Positions 13,216 to 26,672 of a stretch of 64,000 nucleotides of DNA are shown here, piece after piece; position 1 is the first letter of the stretch, and each line of letters begins with the position of its first letter. Made by a program: the position numbers and the translations under genes. The DNA comes from Octopus vulgaris (taxonomy: Eukaryota), in assembly GCA_951406725.2 (NCBI GenBank), contig OX597825.1, forward strand, positions 83,886,001 to 83,950,000, written 5' to 3'. Below the pieces are notes generated by a model that was not told the origin of the DNA, made no database searches, and saw nothing but the letters and a program-made list of their open reading frames with translations.

Positions 13216-14188
13216 CTATTGTTTATACTCATCAAAGCCCCATCAACAGGATTGAACCATGTCCAGCAGACACACGCTAAATGTCTGCTATCGAAAGTGG
13301 CGGACAAATAAGCGAAATGTTGAAACCGACGTTTGACGAACGAAATCAGCAGACAATGGCCAGCTACCAAGTGGTTTGCTACCGGGCATTATTATTGCGG
13401 TACACAACATTACTCTCGTCGCTTTAACTCTCCTGAAATTATTCATGAGACACACTATGGTAATCCTATCACATCCGACATTGTTGACCACCTACCAGCT
13501 TCTGGTATCTGTCTGCTACTACCACCAACCACCCCGTGGGTACGTCAACACAACTCTGAGCACAGAACTCAGAAAACCACAGCAATAACCTTCTCAGCCA
13601 GAATTATAAAAGATACATGGTAACTATTAAGGTGTTTTTTTTATTTTTTATTTTACAAACGAAGTAGGTCCTTCATTCCGTAAAATATAGTCAAGGCTAT
13701 TTGAGAAATAAAATAGGACGTTGGCATGCCCTGGTGGTTATAATGTTTGATCCCACAGCATAGATGTAAACAAAGTTTTGGCATTCTACAATCCACTCAA
13801 GCCTTGAGATTGAATCAGTTCCGTCGGAAACTATGGAAACATGTGGGACAGACTCTATTTGTGACCCACGAGGCCTGGTTTACTCAAGTCCGAACTGATT
13901 GTGTATAATGATAGCAGTTTCTCTATGTTTGTAGATAATAAGGAAGAGTGGCATGCTCTCAAGTGGCCATTTGCAATCCTAGATGCAGCAGAGCTATCTT
14001 CCTGCCTGCGCTTAGTAGTTTTAAAGTATGAGTCTGTCTGTGTAATCTAGTCTCACTCTTTACACTTGAAGTTCTGGCCACTGTGGCTCAGCGGTGACAC
14101 ATGCTGTAGGTTTCGCATTCGCGTGGTCTTTTCTTTGGCGAACCGCCTTGTAGAGTCGGAGAGCTCCACCAACCCAGGGATTCAGTAT

Positions 14189-14421
14189 GTATTTCTTTAC
14201 TACCCACAAGGGGCTAAACACAGAGATTACAAACAAGGACAGACGAACGCATTAAGTCGATTATATCAATCCCAGTGAGTAACTGGTACTTAATTTATCG
14301 AGCCCGAAAGGATGAAAGGCAAAGTCGACCTTGGCGGAATTTGAACTCAGAACGTAACGACAGATGAAATACGGCTACGCATTTCGCCCGGCATGCTAAC
14401 GTTTCTGCCAGCTCGCCGCCT
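14189..14421 (-). mobile_element. SINE type B (B1 tail), full length
   Basis: Complete head, core and tail; TSD GGGATTC(A/T)GTAT on both sides. Confidence 0.92.
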
Positions 14422-14464
14422 CCCGGGATTCTGTATATTGGTTATGTTACTGATATATATGTTA

Positions 14465-14846
14465 CTAGCAGTATCGCCCGGCGTTGCTCAGGTTTGTAAG
14501 GGAAATAACTATAAAGCATTTTTAGAGAGTTATAGCCAAAAAATAGCAAAAAAATAGAAAAAAAATGATGGTAAATTTTTTTGAGAGTTAAAAAAGGTGG
14601 AGTTGCGTCCCCTAGACGGTCTGTGGTTTGGGTTTCTGATTCTCGACCCCATGTCGAATTTATCGATTTTTTCAGAACTGGGGGAACTTTTCAAAATTTT
14701 CGCTGCGTTAATTTTGAATTATGACATTGGGCTATGTGTGTGTCAAGTTTCATCAGAATCGGTTGAAAGCCGTAGTCAGAGTGAGGGTACGAGAAAACAG
14801 ACACACAGAAAACGCACAGACAAACTGCCGTTTATATAGAGAGAGA
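14465..14846 (-). mobile_element. Non-autonomous Helitron
   Basis: Minus strand starts A|TCTCTCTCTATATAAA and ends CTAG|T with subterminal hairpin CC(T)GAGCAACGCCGGG; no TSD. Confidence 0.85.
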
Positions 14847-16744
14847 TTTTGTGTCGGAAGTTCTGATGACTTCAGCTGAGAGGTTCGTCGTCGTAATCTA
14901 CGGAAAATCTAACAAAATATTAAAAAAAAAACAGCTGGCAAACTTCGTTTCCGACAAGGTCCTGATTCATAACCGTTACAATTCGATTCTTCGATTCTTA
15001 AATGTTACAATCTATTATATAATTTTATTGGTATAAAAAGCGGCTTTTGACATATTAAAGACCTTATTTCATTCTGAATTACTAAATATATACATTTTCC
15101 TTCTGTCTTTTTTAGACCTGACAATGAAACAGTATTTTAAAAAGCGGAAAATATGAGACGAGTTATTGTTATAAAGATCAATATTTTTCAAAATAGTAAT
15201 TTAATTCTCAGAAATGAAAACAATTTTAGAATAGCATTTAGTATATCTTACTTAACGTGAATATGCCTTAGAAAACCATATACTTACAGTAATCGTCATG
15301 AGAAAGCTTCTCGTATAGATATGTAGAGGTATAGTGCTAAAAAGCAGAGAATTGTATCAGTGGTAGGGGAAAAGTGTCCAGCAGCGAGGGCGGAATTTAT
15401 AAATTCGGAACTTCTGCACCTCTGTGAGTCATCGGCAGCACGTATCCACTATCAACTGCATACTTCGACAAGTTTCGCTTCTATACATATAGCAACAACT
15501 GTAGTGGCAAATAGCTGGTGGGCTATCCGCATCTACATTCGAGGTTAATAATCCAAACAATTTAAAACTTAATAGCAACATGAAGCGATGTCATTTTGAC
15601 TGCCAATTCCTGGAGCGACTAAGAATCGAACACGTGTCACAGTCAGTGAAAGCGTTGTCTCAATTCGATGATTTAGCCAATCAAATAACTGCATTTCACA
15701 CAAGTTTTGTTTTAGAGTTATCCACGAACCATCATTTTCAGGGACACCCTTTTGTGTGGCGACTGACTTAAGCTAGGACAGCACACCAGATCTCACCAGC
15801 AAGCCACAAGATGAGGTAATTTCCTTTAAATAAGAGAAGAAACAATGGAAAGTCCAAATATCATTGAACTTTCTCATCTTAAGAACGCATTTGTTTTCAC
15901 ACACACAACACACACACACACACATACACACACACAAACACACACACAACGCACACACACAACACACACAGGCACATACACACACATATACACAGACGCA
16001 CATGCGCGCGCACAACACACGCATGTACTAGTATTTTTTTCAAGCACCTAAATCGTTAAAATTGTTAGCTGTATATCATACTAAATTTATATACACCGTA
16101 AAAAAGCAGACTGTTCTGGTTTTTTGATTGACATGCGCTAAAAGCGCAATATATATATCAAAGCATTCTCGATATATAAGAACAGTGAATAATACTTCCA
16201 CTGATATTGCGGAATGCTTGCCAAGAAGTAAAAAATATCTGAGAACGCAATTGAAACAGCACTAGATTAAAATAGCCATCTCTACATCATACTAAATATA
16301 CATCGTAGAAAGAAAAACACAAACTTCGTTCAGTCATGTGACAAATGGGTACACGTTATGAATAAGATACAATTAAGGTGGCTTGTATCTAACATTCTCA
16401 TAAATCACTGGTGCGACGATGTTTGTTTCGTTTCGATGTATTTTGTGTTTTTAATACATCTCCGAAGAGGGTTTCTCTGAGGCAAATACCACTGCAGCTT
16501 GCCTTTCTAATTTGTATATACATTTAGTATAATACATAGATTCCTTCAACTGATGTGATATATTTCATTTAAAAAAATCTGCCGGGAGTGTCTCAAATCT
16601 TGTTTGGATAGAAGACCTACACACACATACATTTTATATACGTACACACACATGTACATATACACACATACATTAAGATATATACATTTGCATATATAAA
16701 CATAAATATATATACACACATATAATATAGATATACGTATATTC

Positions 16745-16881
16745 TTTTATTCTTTTGTTTCAGTCATCTGACTGCGGCCATGCTGGAGCACTACCTTTAA
16801 TAGAACAAATCGACCACAGGAATTATTCCATCGGACAGTCTTGCCGAACCACTAAGTTACGAGGACGTAAACACACCAACA
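16745..16881 (-). mobile_element. SINE type A 3' part
   Basis: TTTCAGTCATCTGACTGCGGCCATGCTGGAGCAC. Confidence 0.8.
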
Positions 16882-17078
16882 TGTCAGAAGAAGATGAGAT
16901 GCATGAGACGCCGTTGGGAACGTCGTTGAAGAGGTCACAGAATGTGTAACAAAAGAACCTTGACAGACGAATAAACTAAAGATAAAATGAATAAAATCTA
17001 AAGTGAAGATCAAATAAATAGTGTGTGTGTTTAATTGGCAAAGAATTGGCAAAAGATGACCATCTCCAATTATAACAA
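16882..17078 (+). mobile_element. Family P1 Penelope-like pLTR copy
   Basis: Near-identical reverse complement of about 12857-13054. Confidence 0.8.
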
Positions 17079-18169
17079 ACAATTCCGATAGCGTTATTAC
17101 CAGGCTGAACAAAAAATAAATACTAGGGTCGATGTTTTTCATCTAAAAATTCTTCGAAATGGCACCCCTGCGCGGCCACAGTCTAATGGCTGGAACAAAT
17201 GAACAAGAAAAAGGATACACATATGCATGTATATGTATACTCACACACATACACACAAATGTATTTATATGTATACTCACTCACATACACACACAAATGC
17301 ATGTATATGCATACTCGCACAAACACACGTACATGTATATAATACAGAGAGGGGGAGGCCTTGTTTTGGAATAGTGGATATCGAAGCAAATATAGCAGCT
17401 TTAAATAAGACGGTGTAAATATTAGTTTAAGAAACCCCTTTGATAGAAAATATTGAACCCGCATCCGTAAACATGAGAGACGTTCTGCCATTAGACCAAA
17501 GCAACAATTTGAATTTCTGTCTCCGTTTTAGAAATGTTATTCTTCCCAACGAGAATTGGGTCAACCAATAATCGACACGCTACAATTTATTGCTGCTATA
17601 TCTGCTTCGAGACCCACCGTTCCAAAATAGAATTTGTACATTCATACGACGTCAGTACTCATAAGAGCGAGGCAAATAGAGTGAGGAAAAGAGAGAATGA
17701 ATGTTCAAGCTGGTATATTTCTAGAAACACAATACCGTTTAGTAATTATGTTTGACCGTGTTAGAGAAAACATTATACCTTATGGCGTTTAATATTCTTC
17801 AACTCTGTTTTATTCTTTCTTTCTTTTAATTTTCTCTTGGAGAAAAACTAAAAACAAAAATAGTAAACGATGCCAAGTAATTTCTCTGTGAAACTTATAA
17901 AGTCAAAACAATTGCAAAAAAAACCCAAAAAACTGCCAAAAGTAAAAACTACAGAAAAATTATGAAAAATAAATAAATATTTCTCGTGAATTTCTTTTTC
18001 TTTAACAGTTCCTAATTCCGTTTGGTATTTTTGTGCACATTATTCTGAATTAGTAGCAGAAGAGGCGGAGGGGAAGAAACTCTCTGTAGTACATTAAATA
18101 TTGAAAAACTGCCATTAGTTCATATTTGTCGACTGCATGATAAATTCGGAAAACATTGCGTTATTAGTG

Positions 18170-18762
18170 TTGCGTTGTTGTTACTGCTGTTATTATTACT
18201 ATTATTATTGTTGTTGTTATGTCACTTCTTCTTCTCCTTCTTCTTCTCCTCCTTCTTCTTCTTCTTCTTCTTTTTCTTCTTCTTTTCTTCTTCTTCTTCT
18301 TCTTTTTCGTCTTCTTCTATTTTCTTCTTCTTCTTCTTCTTCTTCTTCTTCTTCTTCTTCTTCTTCTTCTTCTTCTTCTTCTTCTTCTTCTTCTTCTTCT
18401 TCTTTTTCGTCTTCTTCTATTTTCTTATTATTATTCTTCTTCTTTTTCTTCTTTTATTTTCTTCTTCTTCTTCGTCTTCTATTTTCTTCTTCTTATTCTT
18501 TTTCTGCTTCTTCTTCTTCTACTCCTTCTTTTTCGTCTTCTTCTATTTTCTTATTATTCTTCTTTTTCTTCTTCTATTTTCTTCTTCTTCTTCGTCTTCT
18601 ATTTTCTTCTTCTTCTTCGTCTTCTTCTTCGTCTTCTTCTTCGTCTTCTTCTTCTCCTTCTTCTTCTATTTTCTTCTTCTTTTTCTTCCCCTTCTTCCCC
18701 TTCTTCTTCTTCTTCTTCTTCCCCTTCTCCTTCCCCTTCTTCTTCTTCTTCTTCTTCTTCTA
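18170..18762. repeat. Long (CTT)n-based polypyrimidine array with higher-order TTTTTCGTCTTCTTCTATTTTC units
   Basis: Directly visible; explains the poly-S/F/L ORFs. Confidence 0.95.
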
Positions 18763-18960
18763 TTTTTGTTTACAATAATAAAGAAAAAAATAGGCAGGCA
18801 ACACAACAACCAGTCAACATTTAAACACTCAACCACTGCAAGACGAAAGAAAAATACGAGCCAAAAAAGAAGCAGACGACAACTTAATAAATAACAATGA
18901 GAGACAAAAAAAAAATGTATTTTGATCTTTCATTCTGAAAACAAAGTCCTTCCCCACCAC

Positions 18961-18991
<31 letters not shown>

Positions 18992-19502
18992 ATACACACA
19001 CTCTCTCGCTCTTTCTCTCTCACATACACACTCTCTCTCTCTATCCCTCCCTCTATTGTTTTTGTTGTTGTTGGTGTTGGTGTTGTTGGTGGTGGTCATA
19101 TTTTTCTCACAAAGTAAATAAATACACTTCAAACGAACCTCATTTCCTCTATATATTCCTTCAGATTAATTAATCAAGGCTTTGCTACGTATTTCTGCAT
19201 CCGTACTTTTTTTCAGTTATTATAAATATTACGTTTTTTTATGTACTTATTTATATATTTATTTGTCTTTTCTTCTAGCTTTTGTTGTTGTTGTTTTTGC
19301 CATAGTAAATAAGGTATAGATACTGTACGTGTGTGCTTGTGTGCGTATGCGCAAGTATGCACATATGTATGTATATACATATATATATTCATACTCACTC
19401 ACACACACACATATATATATACTTACATATATATATTTCATAAACTATATATATAATTTATGAAATATATATATTACGTATACGTTGATTTGCATATATA
19501 TG

Positions 19503-19615
<113 letters not shown>

Positions 19616-21709
19616 TATATATTACATAGATATATATATATACTATTGGAAGAGAAAGAAAATATAAGATATATATATTTGTATTCCATAAACTTATGTA
19701 TATAATACATAGATATATATTACATCGACTGTATGTGTGTGTTTGCATGTGTGTGTGCGTGTGTGTGTGTGTGTACGTGTATTAATAGTATAACTAAAAG
19801 ATTTATTTTAGCGAATAAAGAGAACATTGTTAGCATTGTAAAATACCAACGCTTATTCTGCCTAAAAGCTGACAGAATCTTTCGAACATCGAATAGAAGA
19901 ACGCCTTATAGTTTTGCTTGTTCAGACTTTCTGCGTTTTGAGTTCAAATTCTGTACAGATCAATTTTTCCTCTATGTTATTTCAGGGATCGATAAATAAA
20001 TCACTTGTCTAGCGGTGATTGATTAGTGGAAATTATTAGGCCGTCGGACTGGAATTACTTGAAGTATTTATCTCTATTGTTGGGTATTTGTAGTCGAGTA
20101 GAGACGGAAATGTTTTGGCCCTGCCTGTTTGACATCACTCATTCGACGCTGCCTTACTTGACATCAGACCTTTTGGGCTCAGGATATTTTGGCGCTGAGA
20201 AAACTACAGAACCACTGCACAATTACTAAACTACTCAACAATTAAACTGTGTTTAACTTTAGCTTTGTGATATGAATAGTGAAATAGCGACGAAAAAATG
20301 GAGAAGAAAGATTTTCATGATCATCACCATCATTATGTGTCAACTATTCACAGCAGGTTGAATGTAAAGGACCCTCATTCGGATGAAGTTAAGTACATGG
20401 CAGGGTCCTGCTCCCTTCCACGGAGGTTGACCTCAAGTTTTACACCGCGGAAAGAATGCTCTAATGTGGCACACATTTTCCTATCATACATTCTGAGCTG
20501 TTAACCAAATCAAGTTCTTCGACCTCATCTTCCATTTTTAGTTTCCATGCATTTAAATGGTGACGTCTCCTGTACAGAAATTCTTTCGCGATTGTTGATA
20601 CGCTCTACTTCGTTTTGCTCGCTGGCCGAAGTGAGGAACCATGTGGTGACCATCAGAGAGCAGTACCGACTTTTGCAACCATAGATGAGATCTGTGTATT
20701 ACTTAGAGACAATTGCTCCTGTCAACGTCTGAAGATGTGCGGCTGACGGGTTTACAAAGGCAGTACTCCTTACCTCAGCCCCAAGACCACATAAAAACCA
20801 AATGGATCGGGGAAAGATCTTTTCCCGAACGAAAAATTGCAAGCATTAAGTCTAAAGAAAACAGTAAGTTCCTTTTTGCAAGAAACTATTGTACAATCAG
20901 AAAAATGGCTGGAGATATCACGCATTCCTTGAAAGAAGGAGACATATTTGGTATAAAATTTTGTTGGAAACTTTATAATGATCGATTTAATAATGGAAAT
21001 ATAATGCTGTCTCATAGAAGACATTTGATAAACCAAGAAAGAAAATACTTAATGAGTTTTGTGCAAAACTTTTAGCGTCCAATCACTATAGACATATTCT
21101 TCTCAATGGCTGCACGAAACTTGAGTTTAATAAGTTCACACAAATCTGTCTCGCGAAGCATCAGGTCCGTAAAAGACGACCCGGTTTTCTTTCTGAAGCT
21201 TTCATTTTTCAGGCGATAAATTTGCACTTGTTAATGACGTAGGGTGACGTAAATTAAGATGGCTACCATGTCTTTTTGGAATATAAGAAGATAAGCAAGG
21301 TGAATAGGTATGGTTACATGTATAATTTGGGTTAACTTTACCAACGTCATTTCAGCAATTATAGTATTCCATTCGGTTTGTCTTCAGTCGATGAGAGACG
21401 GGAAAAAATATCCGTAATAGATACGTGAAATATAGGCAGATAGATACAGACTTCTCGCTTATCAATCCATGATGTCTCCATTTAAAATCTTGTCTTTGTG
21501 AATATATTTACTCTCTTTCTTTTTCTCTCTCATTCTCTTATATATGTTTGTGAATGTGTGTATATATAGACAAATATATATATATATGCTTGCCAATGTG
21601 CGTGCGTTTGTAATCTATCTACAATTCTGTACGTATTTATAAGTGTATATATATATGCATACATACATACATATATATGTATGAATATGTATGTATTATG
21701 AATATGCAT

Positions 21710-21843
21710 ATAGATAGTTAGGTGGATAGATAGAAAGATAGGTAGGTAGGTAGGTAGGTAAGTAGGTAGGTAGGTAGGTAGGTAGGTAGGCTGATAGATA
21801 GCTAGATAGAGAGAGAGATAAACAGACAGACATATAGATAGAC

Positions 21844-21922
<79 letters not shown>

Positions 21923-21937
21923 CAGAGAGAGAGAGAG

Positions 21938-22018
<81 letters not shown>

Positions 22019-22028
22019 TAGAGAGAGA
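21710..22028. repeat. (GGTA)n/(GATA)n microsatellite
   Basis: Directly visible. Confidence 0.95.
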
Positions 22029-22147
22029 TTTGTATGCCTGTGCTTAATGTTATGCAAGGTAAACAGAAACACGTTGTCTCCCAACTGCAGTTCCGTTCAA
22101 ATCAATTGAAAGATAAATCATATGCAATAGTTTATTATTGTTATTGT

Positions 22148-22415
22148 GAAGGCGCGTGGCTTAGTGGTTGGGGTAATCAGCTCGCGATCGTAACGCCAGT
22201 TGTGTCCTTGAGCAAGACACTTTACTTCATATTGCTCCTGTCCACTCAATGGGCAAAACAATGGGACTTATGTCACGCTGAATCTCCTTGAAAACTACAT
22301 TTAAGGTACACGTGTCTGTCGAGTACTCAACCAGTTGCACGTTAATTTCACGAGCTGGCAGTTTTGTTGATCGAATCAACTGGAGCCTTCGTCGTCGTAA
22401 GCGATGGAGCGCCAG
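22148..22415 (+). mobile_element. SINE type D (tRNA head + GTGTCCTTGAGCAAGACACTT central domain + tail X), internally deleted
   Basis: Homologous to 51563-51885; tail shared with type C. Confidence 0.8.
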
Positions 22416-23451
22416 CATTATTATTATTATTATTATTATTGCTGTCGATCTCGCCACCGCTCCTATTCTTTATATTATTTAACCCCAGGTCAACTTGAAC
22501 CAGGCAATCCTATTTTGTGATTATGGTTGCTATTTCACTTTTCTTGGTTTGGTTATTTTGTCGTTGATGATTGCTCTTAGAAAGAAAAATTATGGACAAA
22601 AGCGTTCCATCTCTGGCCATCTTGTCTTGTCATCGGAAATCGTCCGTTACATCCATTGCAACATTATTTAGTACCACTTGTACTTACAGGCACGAGTAAA
22701 CGTTATCGAGAATCGGGCCGCATAACATAAGGCTTATCATCATGCGGGCCGCACTACAAAAGAAATTCAACGTAATTTTTCGTTAGGCGTGTCATTCAGA
22801 AATCCGAAGTATTCTTGTTGTTGCTGTTGTTGTTGTTGGTGGTGGTGGTGGTGGTTTTTGTTAAGCAACAAGACGGGTAAGGGTGAATAGGTGATGGTCT
22901 AGGGCTTAGGGGCAGGAGACCCCAGCCTTGGAAAAAACTTTGGTCGTCTTGTAGTCGAGGGCTCTTCGTTGACGCCCGACACCACTGCGAGGTGGCCCTC
23001 GAAGTCGCTGGAAATGGAGATCTCCAGGTCCAAATTCTTGAACGGCTGTTGGTGCTGGTCGTGGTAGTCGTGGTAGTAGTAGTTGTAGTAGTAGCAGCAG
23101 CAGCAGTAGTGGTGATGGTGGGAGTACCAGTTGTTGTGAAAGTAGTGGTGGTGGTAGTGGTAGCGGTTTTGGCTGCTCTTTCTTGCATTTTGAGCGACCT
23201 CTAGCAAGCTCCTTCACTGGTTCCTGCAATCTTAATTTTTACGATGTGTGCGATACAAACAAATTTGTTTTGGCATGTCCTACTTGAAGGATTTCTTTTC
23301 TCAAATTACAGATTGAACGAGATCGATCTGATAATTCTCCAAGATTATCAAGAGTATTCTTAATTCTGTTCTTTACCAATTTCATGACTGACCATAAAAT
23401 TGGAATACTTCTTGCGAGCAACTTGTCTAACATAAAATCAAACGAAATCTG

Positions 23452-24312
23452 ATATATATGTGTGTGTATATATATGTGTGTGTGTATGTATGTATTCATA
23501 TATGCAGTATGGATATGTATGTAAGTATGTATGCAAGTCTGTATGTATGTATGTATGTATAGATGGATGTGTGAGTGTGTATGTATGTATGTAAGTATGC
23601 ATATATGTATATATGTGTATGTATATATGTATGTATATACGTGTATGTATATATCTATATTTGTATGTATGTATATGTATGTATATATGAATATATTTAT
23701 ATATGTGTGTGTGTATATGTATGTGTTGTATGTATGTATGTATGTATGTATGCGTGAGTGTGTATGTAAGTGTGCATGTATGTATATATGTATATACGTG
23801 TGTGTATATATATGTACGTATGTGTATATGTATCTATATTTGTATGTATGTAGATATATGTATGTATATATGTGTATGTATATATGTATGTTTGCATGCA
23901 TGTATGTAAGTAGGCATATATGTATATATGTGTATGTATGTATATATGTATATGTGTACATATGTGTACATGTATGTATACTTGTATGAATGTATGTATA
24001 TGTATGTATATAAGTATGTTTGTATGTATGCATATATGTATCTATGAACGTATGTATGCATGCATGTATTTATGTATGTGTGTATGTATATATGTGTGTG
24101 TATGTATGTGTGTGTATGTATGTATGTATGTATGTATGTATGTGTATGTATGTGTGTATATATGTGCGTGTGTGTGTATGTATGTATGTGTGTATGTATG
24201 TATGGATGGATGTGTGTGTATGTATGTATGCGTGTATGTATGTATGTATGTATGTATGTATGTATGTATGTGTGTATGCATGCATGTATGTATATATGCA
24301 TGTATGTATGTG
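23452..24312. repeat. (TATG)n/(TG)n degenerate array
   Basis: Directly visible. Confidence 0.95.
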
Positions 24313-24673
24313 GCAAAGAAGGAAACCGTTGACTACTAAACCTCTGTATTCTAGCTTTTAGTAAAATGAGCAAAAACCAGCAGGAAAATTGGTGTGTGGT
24401 GTGGTGTGGTGTGGTGTGGTGTGGTGTGGTGTGGTGTGGTGTGGGGAGATGTTCTGTGTGGATGTGCACGCGCCTATGTGCATGCATCTTCATAATTTAT
24501 AAATGTTTGCACGGATGGATGGATATATAGTATAATATATAATATATATGTGAACATATGTATGCATATATAAATGCATAAGTACTCACATAGACGCACA
24601 TGTACCACGCACACATGCATATAAATATATACAGCATATATCCATATATATATATATACACTTATATATGTAC

Positions 24674-24713
<40 letters not shown>

Positions 24714-25777
24714 TTATATATATATAAATATATATATATATACACTTATATATGTACGTATATATAAGTATGTATATATGTATGCATATATATATATATA
24801 CATACATGTATATGTATATGTATATGTATATACATATATTTGCATATATATATATTAATATATATATACATACACACACATGTGTGTGTGTGTATGTGTA
24901 AAGAATTCTTCAGAGATTTATTCATTCCTGTTGATAGGAACCATCCATTAGTTAAACACAATAAAAGGAAATTCGAATCCAGACCCAGAGAGAACTCCAT
25001 AAAACAGTCGTGTCTTTCTTCCAAATCATTTTTATTGAAGATGTTTTGAAATTTCATCAAGGGAGATTGAGATTTCGGCATGTTTTATGATTGAAACCCA
25101 TTTCTTTAAGTTCGGCTGCGAGAGACATAATTTTCTGTGGATCTTTGATATTCTACTTGATCAAACATTACTAAATAGTGTCACTTAAGATTCGTATTCT
25201 TAGACTATTGAAAATGATTTCGGTAGATCTAAATAAAATATAAATAAACTATATTGGTTCGGTTTTGTTGTCTTTTCTTTAGACTTATGCTAAGAATACT
25301 AAAATTTGGTGTATGACTAAATAAAGTCGTGACAATTATATCATTGTTATAACGAATATCATTTCCATCAGGAATAGTGACAGAAAAAAATAGTGAATAA
25401 CTTAAAATGGCGCAGAATAGAGCAACTGCAAAATGTAGTGTCTACTAATGCAGAAATAGTAAGCTAGACCTTCTAAAAATAGCAACCAAATCTCTCTCAA
25501 ATGACACTCAACCGTCTTTTTCTTTTAAAGAAAAAGAAACTAGAAAAAGGAAAGACTCGTTCGATGGTGTAGTATTAGATACATTATGTATTGAAGATAA
25601 AGGATTGATGGTCATACCTGGAGTGATTTTATGATGAGTATTTTGAATCAGGACGGATTTGGAAGCTGCACAGTAATAAGGTTTACAAATCGAAGAACAA
25701 CAGAATCGAACGCAAAAACCAACAGCAGAAACATTAACCTTTAGTTTCTTAAAGGGGCAGGCGTGGCTGTGTGGTTG

Positions 25778-25857
<80 letters not shown>

Positions 25858-25859
<2 letters not shown>

Positions 25860-26035
25860 GTATTTAGGAATGGTAATTTTGCCAGTTTAGCCAATAAAAA
25901 CACACTCACTATGTATTCGGTGTTACTTTGCTTCAGCGTTATTTATTTTTTACATTAGTTTTAATATTATTTCGGCCAGAGTTCTTTCGTCACACTTCTG
26001 TGACCTCATCAGTGGTCCTTTGCTTTCTTCTTTCT
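25858..26035 (-). mobile_element. Family P1 Penelope-like pLTR copy
   Basis: Shares GTATTTAGGAATGGT.ATTTTGCCAGTTTAGCCAATAA with 29692-29790 (inverse orientation). Confidence 0.75.
25974..26018 (-). ncRNA. Minimal type-I hammerhead ribozyme motif
   Basis: GGACCA-CUGAUGA-G-GUCACA(GAAG)UGUGAC-GAAA-G(AA)C-UC-UGGCC: intact core, all three stems pair. Confidence 0.7.
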
Positions 26036-26083
26036 TATTTGTGTATCTATCCTTACTAACAGTCAGCCATTTTGTATTTTGTA

Positions 26084-26123
<40 letters not shown>

Positions 26124-26263
26124 CATGTATACATTCTTTGTGCTGCTCTTGGATGCGGCCATTGAAGGGTTTAGTCGGACGAATTGATCCTGAAGTTTTG
26201 TTTTGGTTTTTGTTTTATTGTTTTTTATTTATATATATATATACTCTGTGTGCGTATATAAAC

Positions 26264-26535
26264 TGGCACTCCGTCGATTACGACGACGAGTGTTCCAATT
26301 GATCTGATCAATAGAATTCGACGTTTCTGTGGCTTTGCACCCCACAGACACGCGTACCCATTAACGTCGTTCTTAGGGATATTCAGCGTGACACAGAATG
26401 TGACAAGACTGGCTTCTTCAAATACAGGACTACTCATTTTGGCCAGCCCAGGAACATAAAATAAAATGCCTTGATCACGGACACAACACGCCACTGGGAC
26501 GAACTCACAAATTCGTGATCACGAGCCGAGCCACG
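26264..26535 (-). mobile_element. SINE type D, diverged
   Basis: TGGCACTCCGTCG.TTACGACGACGAG tail and ATTCAGCGTGACACAGA body in reverse. Confidence 0.8.
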
Positions 26536-26672
26536 AAACTCTCTATATACTTGCGTATATAAGGAAATATATACCTGAAAAAAATTAATCGCCGAAAACT
26601 ACTTTGAAGGAAGTTCTTCTTGTGTAGACAATAATAACTGCGCAAATTCGTTGATTGGCATCTATTTAATGC

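Noticed and set aside
20713-21075. 120-aa ORF (likewise 5506-5721, 49416-49775 and 54267-54500)
   Set aside because: No recognisable motif or supported exon structure; length is compatible with chance or decayed TE sequence
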